From contig JAIVFI010000009.1 of NCBI GenBank assembly GCA_025558095.1, positions 62,001 through 126,000 of the forward strand: a DNA stretch of 64,000 nt, in the 5' to 3' direction. Below, one piece after another: positions 34,021 to 44,029 of the stretch. Every line of letters begins with the position of its first letter. Positions within the stretch are counted from its first letter, which is position 1. The position numbers were made by a program, and so were the translations under genes. The notes under the pieces were generated by a model that saw only the letters and a list, made by a program, of their open reading frames with translations, had not been told where the DNA came from and made no database searches. Source of the stretch: Hyaloraphidium curvatum SAG 235-1. Taxonomy: Eukaryota > Fungi > Monoblepharomycota.

Positions 34021-35769
34021 ATGAAGGACGCCGAGGATTCCGAGGACGCGGCGCCGGGCGACTTTTCCCTTCTCCCCGAACGCATTGTCGGCCGCCCCGA
34101 CGCGGACTACGCGGCGGCAATCCGCAACCGGCTCGGGCCACCGGCCGTGGACCCGCGGCACAGGTCGAGGGCGGACCCGCAGTGCGCGCGGGAGGCGCGG
34201 CTGCCCCTGCCCACGGCGAAGGACAGGCCGTTGCTGGGCCGGTGGCGGCCACCGCTGTCGGCGGCCCAGGCGGCGGACATTTTCGCGGCAAATGGGCTGC
34301 CTGCGCTCGCGGGCCTGTGCCGTTTTCTGCTCGCGGCTTCCGTGGCGGAGAAAACGGTGGCTGCGTTCGTCGTGGGGACCGCGACGATGCTGGCCACCGT
34401 CCCGGCGTTGCTCGCTGCGATCGGCTTGTCGCGCCCACCCGGCCCTGTCGGCCCTTTTGCCACGGCATGCGCCGGCATCCTCGTAGGGTACTACGTGTCT
34501 ATCGTCTCGTTCGCGCTTCCGCACCACCGTGTTCTCGCCCCGCGGCGGTTCAAGTCGCCCGCCGATCCGCAACTGGCGGGCACGCCGGCGGTAATCGCGT
34601 GGTATTGGGCTCGCGCTATTACCGACAGGGCCGCATTGCTGCGGCACTGCCCCCCCAAGGACGACTACGCGGGGATGGAGGAGCTATTCGTACCCGAGGA
34701 GGGCCCCAAACTCGCGGACGCCGCCGCCGTCCGGTCCTCGGAATGCCCATGCCCACAGTGCTTCGGGCTCTTTGCTGGGAATGGCTGGCTGTTAGTTGGC
34801 TGGTTCATTCTGCACCACTTCGTTGTCGTGTCTGGCATTTTGGTTGCGATGCTATGCCTTTCCTTCTGGGACCTTTGGGGAAGCCCGGGAAGCCCTCTGC
34901 TCTCACGGCCGTGGGTCGCGGCGTGTTTCGCCATCCATGTCGTGGGCATCGTTGCTACCAATTTCGTTGCGGCCGCCAGGGAAAACCATGTCATGGTTCT
35001 CGCCCAGGCCCAGATCATTCGGAGGGTGCAGATCCGTGCATCGCGCGCCGCTTGCGACGCGTTTGTTCGCGAGTGTGCGGAACGCGTACGGATGTCCATT
35101 ACTGACCGCGGAACCAGCCCCGGCTTTGGAGAGCTGGTCCCTCAACCCAAACCAGCGACGGAAGCATGCAACGGCCTCAAGGCTACTAATGAGGAGCAGC
35201 TTGGCGGACCTTCACCGGATTGGGCGCTCCCGCAGCTCTATGCACGCGTGGCCTCCGATGTCAAGCAGTACGGGCGCTCACGGACCCTCTATACTGTGTA
35301 CCTACACTTGCCCCTTGGAACTGCCGGAATCTCCCTGCTTGCCGCCTTGCTATGCTCCTTCTCCTTCGGCGGCTCCTGCTTCCCCGCATGGGGCTTTGCC
35401 ATCCCCTTCCTCGGTGTCTTCGTCGCCGCGGGCAACCTCGCGGACATGGCTGTCATCAACGCTGCGTCGGCTGCGGTCGCCGATGTGTACCGCGAGGCCG
35501 GCGATGCCGTCGCCTCCCTCGCCGCGGACCTGCCTTCCGGCCCCGGATCCGCCGTGCTTGCTGCCGACCTGGAACGACACCGCATGGAGCTGGATCGCAT
35601 CGCGGATGCGTTGCTGCGGGGCACTGCCAAGGCCAAGTTCCTCGGTTTCGCCGTCACGGGGGCGTCGCTAATCAACATCGCCGTAGCGGTGATCACCGTC
35701 GGCGCGACACTGTTCCGGGCTTTCGGGCTGAGGCTCCAGCTGGGGACGTACTGCACCCCAGTCGAATAG
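34021..35769 (+). CDS. Unknown 7-TM membrane protein, paralogue C; intronless
   Basis: About 7 TM segments, ECPCPQCFG, GSCFP, KAKFLGFAVT...ATLFRAFGLRLQLGTYC. Confidence 0.78.
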   Translation: MKDAEDSEDAAPGDFSLLPERIVGRPDADYAAAIRNRLGPPAVDPRHRSRADPQCAREARLPLPTAKDRPLLGRWRPPLSAAQAADIFAANGLPALAGLCRFLLAASVAEKTVAAFVVGTATMLATVPALLAAIGLSRPPGPVGPFATACAGILVGYYVSIVSFALPHHRVLAPRRFKSPADPQLAGTPAVIAWYWARAITDRAALLRHCPPKDDYAGMEELFVPEEGPKLADAAAVRSSECPCPQCFGLFAGNGWLLVGWFILHHFVVVSGILVAMLCLSFWDLWGSPGSPLLSRPWVAACFAIHVVGIVATNFVAAARENHVMVLAQAQIIRRVQIRASRAACDAFVRECAERVRMSITDRGTSPGFGELVPQPKPATEACNGLKATNEEQLGGPSPDWALPQLYARVASDVKQYGRSRTLYTVYLHLPLGTAGISLLAALLCSFSFGGSCFPAWGFAIPFLGVFVAAGNLADMAVINAASAAVADVYREAGDAVASLAADLPSGPGSAVLAADLERHRMELDRIADALLRGTAKAKFLGFAVTGASLINIAVAVITVGATLFRAFGLRLQLGTYCTPVE

Positions 35770-35996
35770 AGGACAACGGTCGGTCGGTGCTTTGTCCGAA
35801 TCCGTGAACGTGCCGTAGATGGAGTCCGGAACACCAGGCCATTATCGGATCCCAATGCCAGAGTCCATCCATTTGGCCACTTAAAACGCCAATGCGCCAT
35901 TCAGCGCCCACGACGGAACGGGGCATCGGGAAAAAAGACGCCGATCGCGCGAGGCAATCGAGACGCGTCCCGTCGTTTCCGACGTCCGCACCCGCG

Positions 35997-37564
35997 ATGG
36001 AGCGCCAAAAGTCCCTCGCAGACGTGCTTCCGGGCCTTGCTGCCGTGATGCCCGCGTACACGGGCTCGGCGTCGGCCCCGCGGCCCTCTGCGGCGCCGGC
36101 TTCGTCGGGCCCTTCGGCTCCTTCCACGGGCCGGCAGGCGTCTCTGGCGGAGCTCATGCCGATGCTCGCTGTGGCGATGCCGGCGTACACGGGCCCCAAG
36201 CCCTCCGCTGCCGCGCCGGCCGCCGCCGCGGGCTCCGCCTTCGAGCCCGCGCCCGCCATCCCCGGCCTGCCGCCGCGCTTCATGGCGCACACCATCCGCG
36301 CCGAGGACGAGGGCCCGCCGATTGCCCCGCGGACCGTCCGCGTGGCGATCCTGCTGCCGGAGGACATCTTCGACTGGAACATCGAGTGGCAGGCCTTTGC
36401 GCCCGACGTGGCCGGCGGGATCAGGAAGCGGCTGCCGGCGCTGTTCCGCTTCGCCGCGGCGACCTACTTCCCCGAAATCTCGTTTGAATTCGACGAGTAC
36501 ATCTTTGAGCGTTACAACGGGTGGCCGCAGGGTTCAAAGCTGGCCAGCTACGACTGCGTTTTCGTCACCGGCGCAAGTGGGTCTCCCTGCCGCCTTCCGA
36601 ACTCGCCTGTTTGCTGACACCGAGCCGCAGAGGAGGGTGCTTACGACCAGCACGTGCCTTACGTGCCGATTCTGGAAAAGTACATCGGAGACAATGTCAA
36701 CGTGACGCGCTGGATCGGCCTGTCGTACGGCCACCAGACCATCGCCTGGGGCCTCTACCCTGGAGGTTGGTTTTCTTTTCGGTTCACTTCCGGACAGGAG
36801 CGTGACCCTGGACCCGTATTCTCAGGCAAGAACGTGATCAAGAACCCCAGCGGCTGGGAGAACGCGGCGGTAGAGAGCGTGATCACGCCGGAAGGCCAAA
36901 AAGCCCTCAAGACCACGAAAAAGGTGGGCCTGCTGTCGGTTTTGTGTCGCCTCATTCCTTGCTCACCGCTTTGCACTCCCAGACATACTTTGTCCACAAC
37001 CACCACGGCGACGCCGTGATCCTCACCCCTCCCGGCTGCACCCAATTCTCCTTCTCCCCCCAGACGCCCGTCCAGGGCTTCCTCTCGGACCGCGTCTTCT
37101 GCAACGAAGGCCACATCGAGTACTCGGCCGGGATCATGGCCAACTGGGTCGGTCCCTGCTCGCTGGCCTCATTCGCCTCAGCACCGCTGATCCTGATTTG
37201 GTAGGGCTGCTTCGACACCCTCAACGGCGCCTACACCCTCGAGAAATTCCGGGAGTACCTCGCCACGCGGGTGTATCACCCCCCCTGCGACAACCGCCTG
37301 GGCTACCTCCCCGACGCCATTTGGCTCTGCGGCAAGATGGTCGGCTGGCTCGCGCGCCGCGGGGTGGTCCCCAGCGACGCGGAGCTGGAGGCGCGTAGGG
37401 TGCGTTTCTACGAGCAGGCGCTGCCCAAGCGGGCGGCGATCGAAAGGGAGCTCGCGGACGTCGAGTACGCGAAGGTCGTGGAGAGGTTCGGGGGGGCCGC
37501 CAAGGTCGCGGCGATGCATGAAAAGTACAGGCGGTGGTTCGAGGACGGGGTGAGGCCGCAATAG
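35997..37564 (+). CDS. Class I glutamine amidotransferase-like protein (Cys-to-Ser at nucleophile); about 4 introns
   Basis: YDCVFVTGA, IGLSYGHQTIA, KNPSGWE, HHGDAV, EGHIEY match the GATase1 pattern GICFGHQ...QGHPEF. Confidence 0.78.
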
Positions 37565-38051
37565 CTCGGGGACGCCGCCGGGGAGTATTGGCCTTCGTTT
37601 GTGGGAGAGACGGTGCTAGTGGAGGATCGGCAGGAAGAGGGCTCGGAAGAGCAAGAGCGGGAAGGAGGTTCGGACGGCGAGGTGGAAGGCGTGGACCAGG
37701 ACGAGGGAAAGGGATCGGAGGGACTCCCCGGCGGCGGAAGCGAGGCCGAGGGAGACGACGGTTCCGCAGACGACGCCCCTGCGAGCCCGATCTTTCTGCT
37801 GGTCAACGTCTTCCAAGGAATCGTCTCGACACTCTTTTGATTAATCGGACGGGCGAGCGTGCTAGAAGAGCAACAGGTACTATAGATCTATCTGCCTCGA
37901 GAATCATTTTGGGCCGATGGTGCGGAATGGTCGGCGGCGGTTGAGTGAGGCGAAGTAGGTGAAGGCGAGCTGATCGATGACGACCGCTCTCGTCGCGCTC
38001 TCCGCCACCCCACTCCGAACACACCTCCTGCCGACGGACCCTCGCTTCAAG

Positions 38052-39248
38052 ATGCTCCTTTCCTCTCCCGAGCCGCGCACACCCCGCAACTTGCCGCTAG
38101 AGGTAGGCGCGGCGACAGCCGCCGCGCAGCCGCCTTACGACGCCTCTTTCGCGCAGCTGCTCCTCCGGATCTTCTCGCACCTTCCCCCACGGGAGATCCT
38201 CCGCATTCGCCGTGCTTGTGCCTTCTTTGCCAGATTCTGCCTCCATCCCGCGCTTTGGGCCGAGCTGTGCCTCCTCGGGACCGACCCCCGCAAGGGCCGC
38301 GACCTCGCCGGGATCCCGATCGACGCGCTACACCGCCTCGTGGCCTCCATTTCGAAGAATGGTCGGGATGGACAGAAAGGTGGCGTGGCGAGGGTGGCGC
38401 TCTCGGGCGACGAGGCGGCGCGGCTCGGCGCGACGGTGCTGCGAACTACGTTCCGGCTCCAGATGGCCACGCTTCGCCAGCTCCTAGTCAAGAACGCGGC
38501 CGATTCTGCCAAGCTCGTCGGAACGTTCCTCGCTTCCGCGCGCTACCCCGCCCTCGAGGAGATCTCGGCAGTGCTCTCGGTCACGACGAAGAAGGACGCC
38601 GATTCCGCTGCGCAGTTCCTCGGTCCTGCCCTGCGGTGCTCGCCGAACCTGCGATCGCTCAATCTTGGCCTAAAGGTGAACGAGAAGGGACGCGGTCTGG
38701 ATTCGGGGAGGTTCCTGTTCCGATCGCTGGACGAGCACGCCGCCCTCCGCCGCCTCTCGATCTCCGCCGGCACGGGATTGTCGACGGACAAAGGGTCGTC
38801 TCAAGCGAGCACAATCGACTTCCTCGATGCGGTGGCCATGTCGGAGTGCTTCCCCAAGCTTGAACAGCTGGTGATCGGACCGGGCTGCGGCTTCGCGGGA
38901 CCGGCGGGCGAGGATCGGCGGAAGCTTTTCGAGCGCGTGGTGGCTTCCTTACCAGAAAGTCTCTTGGCTGCCTCTCTCTGGGTCGACGATATCGCGGAGC
39001 TGGATGAACTGCTCCAGGTCGTGGCCAAGGCGCGGTCGCTTCCCAACCTCAAGGACCTGCAGGTCTCTTGCCGCGGAGGGACCGAGGAGGATGAAGACGT
39101 CGGAGCAGAGTCGGTGCAGGAGCTCCTGGCCAAGCTCTGGACATCGAAGGCCAAGAGGAATCAGCGTGGCTGCGCTCTCGTGCGTGTGAAGGTGGTCATG
39201 CTTGAGGATGGCACGGAGATCGAGGCGACCGATCCTAAGTTAAAGTAG
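38052..39248 (+). CDS. F-box/LRR-like protein; probable in-frame intron 38103-38156
   Basis: NLPLE|LLLRIFSHLPPREILRIRRAC...HPALW F-box; LRR-like segments CSPNLRSLNL, FPKLEQLVI, LPNLKDLQV. Confidence 0.82.
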   Translation: MLLSSPEPRTPRNLPLEVGAATAAAQPPYDASFAQLLLRIFSHLPPREILRIRRACAFFARFCLHPALWAELCLLGTDPRKGRDLAGIPIDALHRLVASISKNGRDGQKGGVARVALSGDEAARLGATVLRTTFRLQMATLRQLLVKNAADSAKLVGTFLASARYPALEEISAVLSVTTKKDADSAAQFLGPALRCSPNLRSLNLGLKVNEKGRGLDSGRFLFRSLDEHAALRRLSISAGTGLSTDKGSSQASTIDFLDAVAMSECFPKLEQLVIGPGCGFAGPAGEDRRKLFERVVASLPESLLAASLWVDDIAELDELLQVVAKARSLPNLKDLQVSCRGGTEEDEDVGAESVQELLAKLWTSKAKRNQRGCALVRVKVVMLEDGTEIEATDPKLK

Positions 39249-39522
39249 CAATCTGCCCTCAAAGCTAGCGAGTCAAGCTAGTGGCAAAGGCCAAGTCGAA
39301 TAAATGTCACCTCCGAGGCTAGGCTGGGATACAAAGCGCCGCGCTCGGCGGGGGAGCATGGCTTCGAAAGGTTCATTGGGCTTGATCCATGCCATTTTCC
39401 CCTTTCCCGTTCGGCCAAGGAATCAAGAGAAAGACCGCCCTCACCAGCCCGCACGAAGGTTCCGCTGGAAACCACGCTCCTACCGTGTCGCCCGCAAACC
39501 ATCCTCCTCCGCGAATCCGACC

Positions 39523-40718
39523 ATGGCCGCGCTCCCGAGATATCGCTCTGTCTTTGCTCCTGACGTGCTCGCGGGCCAGGTGATCATCGTAACGGGTACG
39601 GCGTCGCGGCGTGGCTGGGATCGCCACCGGAGCTAAGCTACACTCCACTGGCAGGCGGCGGCACCGGGCTCGGGCGCACAAGTGGGTTTCCACGCGCTTT
39701 GGGGCTTCTTTCGGCAACGCGATTCTGACGGCGCTCGCCCAGTGGCGCACGAGATTGCTTCTCTCGGTGCGACCGTTGTCATCGCCGCGCGGCGCCCCGA
39801 GCCCCTGGAAAGGACAAAGAACGAGATCGAGGCTCTCGGCGGCAAGTGCGACGTGTTGCCGGGGCTCAACGTGCGGGACGAGAAGGCGTGCGCGGCGGCG
39901 GTGGCGGCGGTGGTAGCGAAGCACGGGAGGCTCGACGGGCTCGTGAACAACGCGGGGTGCGTTTGAACAGCGGGACCATACGATTCGTGGCTCATCGAAA
40001 TCCAGGGGCCAGTTTGCGGCACCCGCGGAGAAGATCACGGCAAAGGGGCTCAGCACGGTTCTGGAGCTCAACGTCGTCGGCACCTTCAACATGACCAGAG
40101 CGGCCTACTTGGGCTACATGAAGCAGCACGGCGGCTCCATCGTCAACATCTTGGCAATGCATGAGAACGGATACGTGAATTTGGCGCACACGGCGGCTGC
40201 GCGAGCCGCGGTGTGGAATTTAACTAAGACCCTTGTGCTTGAGTGGTCAACGCACAGCGGCGTAAGGATCAACTGCGTCGTCCCGGGGCCTATCCTCGCC
40301 GGGGGCGCCGTGAGTGGGCATTACCCTAAGGAGCTCGTCGACGCCTACGACGGCGTAGGTGACGGATGGCTTCACACCGCTGGAATGGGCTAGATTCTCG
40401 TCCCTACAGGCTTTACCCATGATACCCTCCGGTCGCTTCGGCACCGATTCTGAGGTCTCCGCTGCTGTCGTGTATCTCCTCTCCCCGGCGGCAGCTTACA
40501 CCAACGGGGCCGAGATCAGGGTCGACGGTGGAGTTTCGCTGCGACAGCCCCTGATTGGGGGCGAAGCGGCCTTTTTCTCGAAAGAGAGCAAAACGCGAAT
40601 GTTTTCGGGATGGGGCGACGCAGATGCCAGCATCGCGGTGGGGAAGCTGGGGGAACCATTCGCAGGGTGGCTCCGCAAGTGGATGGCCATCGGGGAGCCT
40701 AGCGCGCCAAAGCTCTGA
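39523..40718 (+). CDS. Peroxisomal trans-2-enoyl-CoA reductase (PECR)-like SDR, copy 1; 4 introns
   Basis: [19 protein letters not shown]|GGTGLG, LVNNAG|GQF, HTAAARAAV, RINCVVPG, VDGG; C-terminal PKL may be a PTS1 variant. Confidence 0.88.
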
Positions 40719-40897
40719 GCTGTCGGGGAATGTAATGAGTCAGTTGACGCATCTATCTCTTGGAGCGTCTTCTTGCCCTATGCGTCTGCAGAGGGTTTCC
40801 GGTCATTCTAGCTTTTGCTAGCCGATCTGTGGCGGACGCACAGTCAGCAAATGTGACCGGAACTGTCCTGGAATCGGAGAGGAGCGAGCTCTCATCA

Positions 40898-41180
40898 AGG
40901 TGTTACACCGTTCAGTGTCCCATCAGAGTGCCTGTGGGGTCGGCTTTGTCCCACAGCGCCGCGCTCCCCAGTTGACGGCCGACCATGTACCCGCCTCCCT
41001 GCTGTTCTTCCGACTGGGCCGTCGGCTCGGCGCCCTCGTTCCACTGTTGCGGCAACTGTAAGCCTTCCGGCCAAGGCTGCAACTCGCATCAAGCCGTCGG
41101 CCCGGTGCGTCCACGCCAGCTGGCCGGACCGGCATTCGGAGGCGGCGAAAGGGACAACCGGGGAGCGCGCGAAGCAGTAA
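40898..41180 (+). pseudogene. Decayed copy of the Cys/His microprotein gene
   Basis: tgttacaccgttcagtgtcccatc (CYTVQCPI) and caaggctgc...gtccacgccagctggccg remnants; no start codon, deletions present. Confidence 0.55.
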
Positions 41181-41441
41181 AGCAGGAGCCGTTGGCGCTG
41201 GAATCGAGCTTGGCTTGTCTTCGGGGCTTCGGCATCAACCAGCTGACTCTAGGTGCTGGCGGCTCCCAAAGATCGAGGCATGGCGGGTTCGGCGCGTCGG
41301 GCCGGGCGGGATGCTCGGCTTACAAATCCGGCTCGGTCAGCGCGGCTTGCTCGGCACCCTACATAAACCCCGGCTCCAGGCCAACTCTGCATCAACCACC
41401 TTCCAAACGACGCAGCCTGCCTACCTCTCCGACCATTCAGA

Positions 41442-41680
41442 ATGTGCTTCCCCACGACCTGCCCTGACTGCCACAAGACCGCCTGTGAGTGCCGAGCGTC
41501 CCTGCTCCGCTTCCCCGACCGGCGCTCACACTTTCTCCGACCCCAGGGGGAGGCTGCGGCCGCCACGTCGCCGGCGTCGCCGCCAGCGTCAAGCCCGCGG
41601 ACCGCTGCATGCACGTCTCCTGGCCGGACATGCCCAAGCCGGCGCAGCAGCAGCCGGCGAAGGCCATCGCCGGGCACTGA
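41442..41680 (+). CDS. 58-aa Cys/His microprotein MCFPTTCPDCHKTAWGGCGRHVAGVAASVKPADRCMHVSWPDMPKPAQQQPAKAIAGH; intron 41485-41546
   Basis: GTGAGT donor and CAG acceptor; splicing yields the MC..CxxCxKxxWxGCGxH motif. Confidence 0.85.
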
Positions 41681-42153
41681 GCCCCCGGCCCTGGCCGGCC
41701 CTGCCCGACTCCTCGGACGGGCTGCCGCCGCCACCACAGACATTGCTTGAACATCGCGGGCCGATGCGGGCACCCAGGAGCCTGCGGGCCGCCGCGAGCC
41801 CGGATTCCGGGCACCTTCTTCTTCACATCTCCGCGTAGAACTCTTGCCGCCCTCGGGCCGCACGCACAGATGTAGATACCCACTAGATCTCTTTCTCTCT
41901 TTCATCTGCTCTGTTTGTGCCGCCCCGTGCGTCCGCGTCCAAGAGGAGCATATCCAGTGGATCGAGGGAAGTGCGTCAGTCCGACTTCGAAGACCACAGC
42001 CGGTCGTAGCAAAGACTACCAGCGAAATGAACACATACATTGATACGATGCTGTGCAATAGTACATGACTGGACTTCGGCACGACGGCACTTTGAACCAC
42101 TTCGCGCCTTGCAACTCCTCCCCAGCGCAGCCCCATGAAGGCGCCCGCCTCCA

Positions 42154-42320
42154 TCAAGCGGACCTCGGTCCAGGCGCCACCCGCCCTCTCCCGCGCAAGT
42201 TCAACACCGAGTACGTCGCCGCAAACAGCACGAACCACCCCCCGATGCACGCCTCGAGCACCGCCCACCATCCCGGCAGGCCGTCCCCGTGCGGCCTGGT
42301 GAGCGTCGCCGCCACGCTGA
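42154..42320 (-). pseudogene. Duplicated 3' fragment of the UNC-93-like MFS gene
   Basis: Encodes VSVAATLTRPHGDG...APGPRSA*, same as the end of the ORF finishing at 53084. Confidence 0.85.
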
Positions 42321-42321
42321 C

Positions 42322-42690
42322 TCTCTTCTGCGACCCCAAGGGGGAGGCTGCGGCCGTCACGTCGCCGGTGTCGCCGCCAGCGTCAAGCCTGCGGACCGCT
42401 GCATGCACGTCTCCTGGCCAGACATGCCCAAGCCGGCGCAGCAGCAGCAGGCGAAGGCCATCGCCGGGCACTGAGCCGGTCATGGCCGGCCCTGCCGGAC
42501 ACCTCGGACGGACTGCCGGCGACATCCACAGACATTGCTTGAACATTGCGCACCGATGGAGGCGCCCAGGAGCCTGCTCTCCGCCGCGAACCTGGATTCC
42601 GGTACCCTCTTCTTCGCAACTCCACGTAGAACTCTTGCCGCCCTCGGGCCGCATCCACACTTGTAGATACCCACTAGATCTCTCTGTCGC
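42322..42690 (+). pseudogene. Direct, more diverged repeat of about 41530-41895: exon-2-only microprotein copy plus 3' flank
   Basis: GGCGRHVAGVAASVKPADRCMHVSWPDMPKPAQQQQAKAIAGH* at 42341-42474. Exon 1 is lost at the 42320 junction. Confidence 0.8.
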
Positions 42691-42971
42691 ACCCAACTGC
42701 TTTGAGCCGTCCGAATGACCACTAATGGCCTCCCAGGCCCCCGTACATGGCCGGGAGCGGCAGGGGCCGGACTCGGACCAAGATAATAGTCGAAGATGTA
42801 TTGATGCGAGCCCCCGAGATACTCGTATTTCGCCGCCTCCTCCTCCCGACGCGTCCAAAACCTCCTCTTGAAGTGCATATACCGAACCTTTCGGACGTTG
42901 ACGAGTTCGAATACGAGCCGCGACAGGAGCAGACTTCCCAAGCCGAACTCACCTCCGACTGGATAAGCACT

Positions 42972-43615
42972 TCAAGTAGCCGCATCGCAGCAGCCAGCCC
43001 ACAACCCCACGGCCGGAATGGAGCACGACCCCGACCCGCTGCCCACCTGGCCCGTCGAAGGATCGCAGCTCAGCTTGACGCCGTTCGTGATGGTCAGGGC
43101 CGCCGACGTCCCGTCGACGCATTGATGTTTCGGGCCGCAGATGAGGTTCAGCCCGGCCACGGGGACGCAGCAGCCACTGTAGCACGCGCCCGGGGAGGAG
43201 GTGGCACCGGTGGGTGCGAGGGCGCCCGTGGCCGTGTCGCAGCCGCGCCAGATGGAAGAACCGGTAGCACACTGCACCGTGGCGCCCCAGCTGACTGCTT
43301 GGGAATCCGTGCAGGCGGGCTCCGCCGTGACGTAGCGGCGGTAGAGTGATCTCGCCCCATGGCCGTTGTGGACCACGCAGGCGACATGACCTTCCGGCGT
43401 ACCGGGGAACCCGAGCTCGCAAAACGAGGCATCATCGCACGAGGAGCAGCTGCGGGTGAACAGGACGCGAGCGAAGGCCGCGTTCTGAACTGGGCTGCAC
43501 GGGGGATCAGTGGGAAGCGCAGAGCAGCGCGCCCGCGGGTCGCCGCCCACCTCCCGGCCACGAGGGCGCTGAGCGCGACAAGTAGGACTAGGGCAGACGC
43601 GATCTTGGCCGCCAT
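42972..43615 (-). CDS. Small secreted Cys-rich protein; at least 1 intron
   Basis: MAAKIASALVLLVALSALVAG signal; intron about 43496-43551; many Cys including two GCC pairs. Confidence 0.65.
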
Positions 43616-44029
43616 TTGCGCAGCTGGTTGGGTTCTCGGGTGTGTCCTCAGAGCGATCCTGGAAAGTGTCCTCGTTGCGTCCTTGCCGTCGCCCCATTTG
43701 GCCTCCAACGCATCCCGCCGGCTTCCCGGGCCTACAGATCACCACCATCAATGCACAAGGACATTCTGTTCGATGTCATGCACCGGCTTGGCGCTCCGTG
43801 CGACGATCGGTTGCTGACGGGCGGAAGGCCGGGCGGCTTACCCGCCTGCGCCAAAACCAGAATCTCCACTTGCCGATTTGGGGGCACCTCGTCGCATTCT
43901 GATCTGCTCCGATCCGGTATCTCCGCGTCGTCGTACATTCGAGTTGCTCTCGGATGCCGCGTCCACGGCGGCATCCTCACGTCGCTTGCTCCCGTCGACC
44001 CTCTCCGTGGCCCCCGCAAAAAGCAACCC

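Larger units (their letters stand above)
39500..42320. repeat. Left arm of an approximately 2.8-kb inverted duplication (right arm 52918-55800)
   Basis: The SDR, the microprotein copies and the 3' end of the UNC-93-like gene recur in reverse complement. About 41270-42320 is near-identical to about 52918-53975. Confidence 0.93.

Noticed and set aside
37601-37840. Acidic 79-codon segment downstream of the GATase-like gene
   Set aside because: Could be an alternative terminal exon through a 37550-37633 intron, but it has no ATG and a weak branch point, so it is unsupported.
42154-42858. 234-aa chimeric ORF ending in the UNC-93-like C-terminus
   Set aside because: By-product of the duplication junction; the upstream part is antisense to the microprotein copy.
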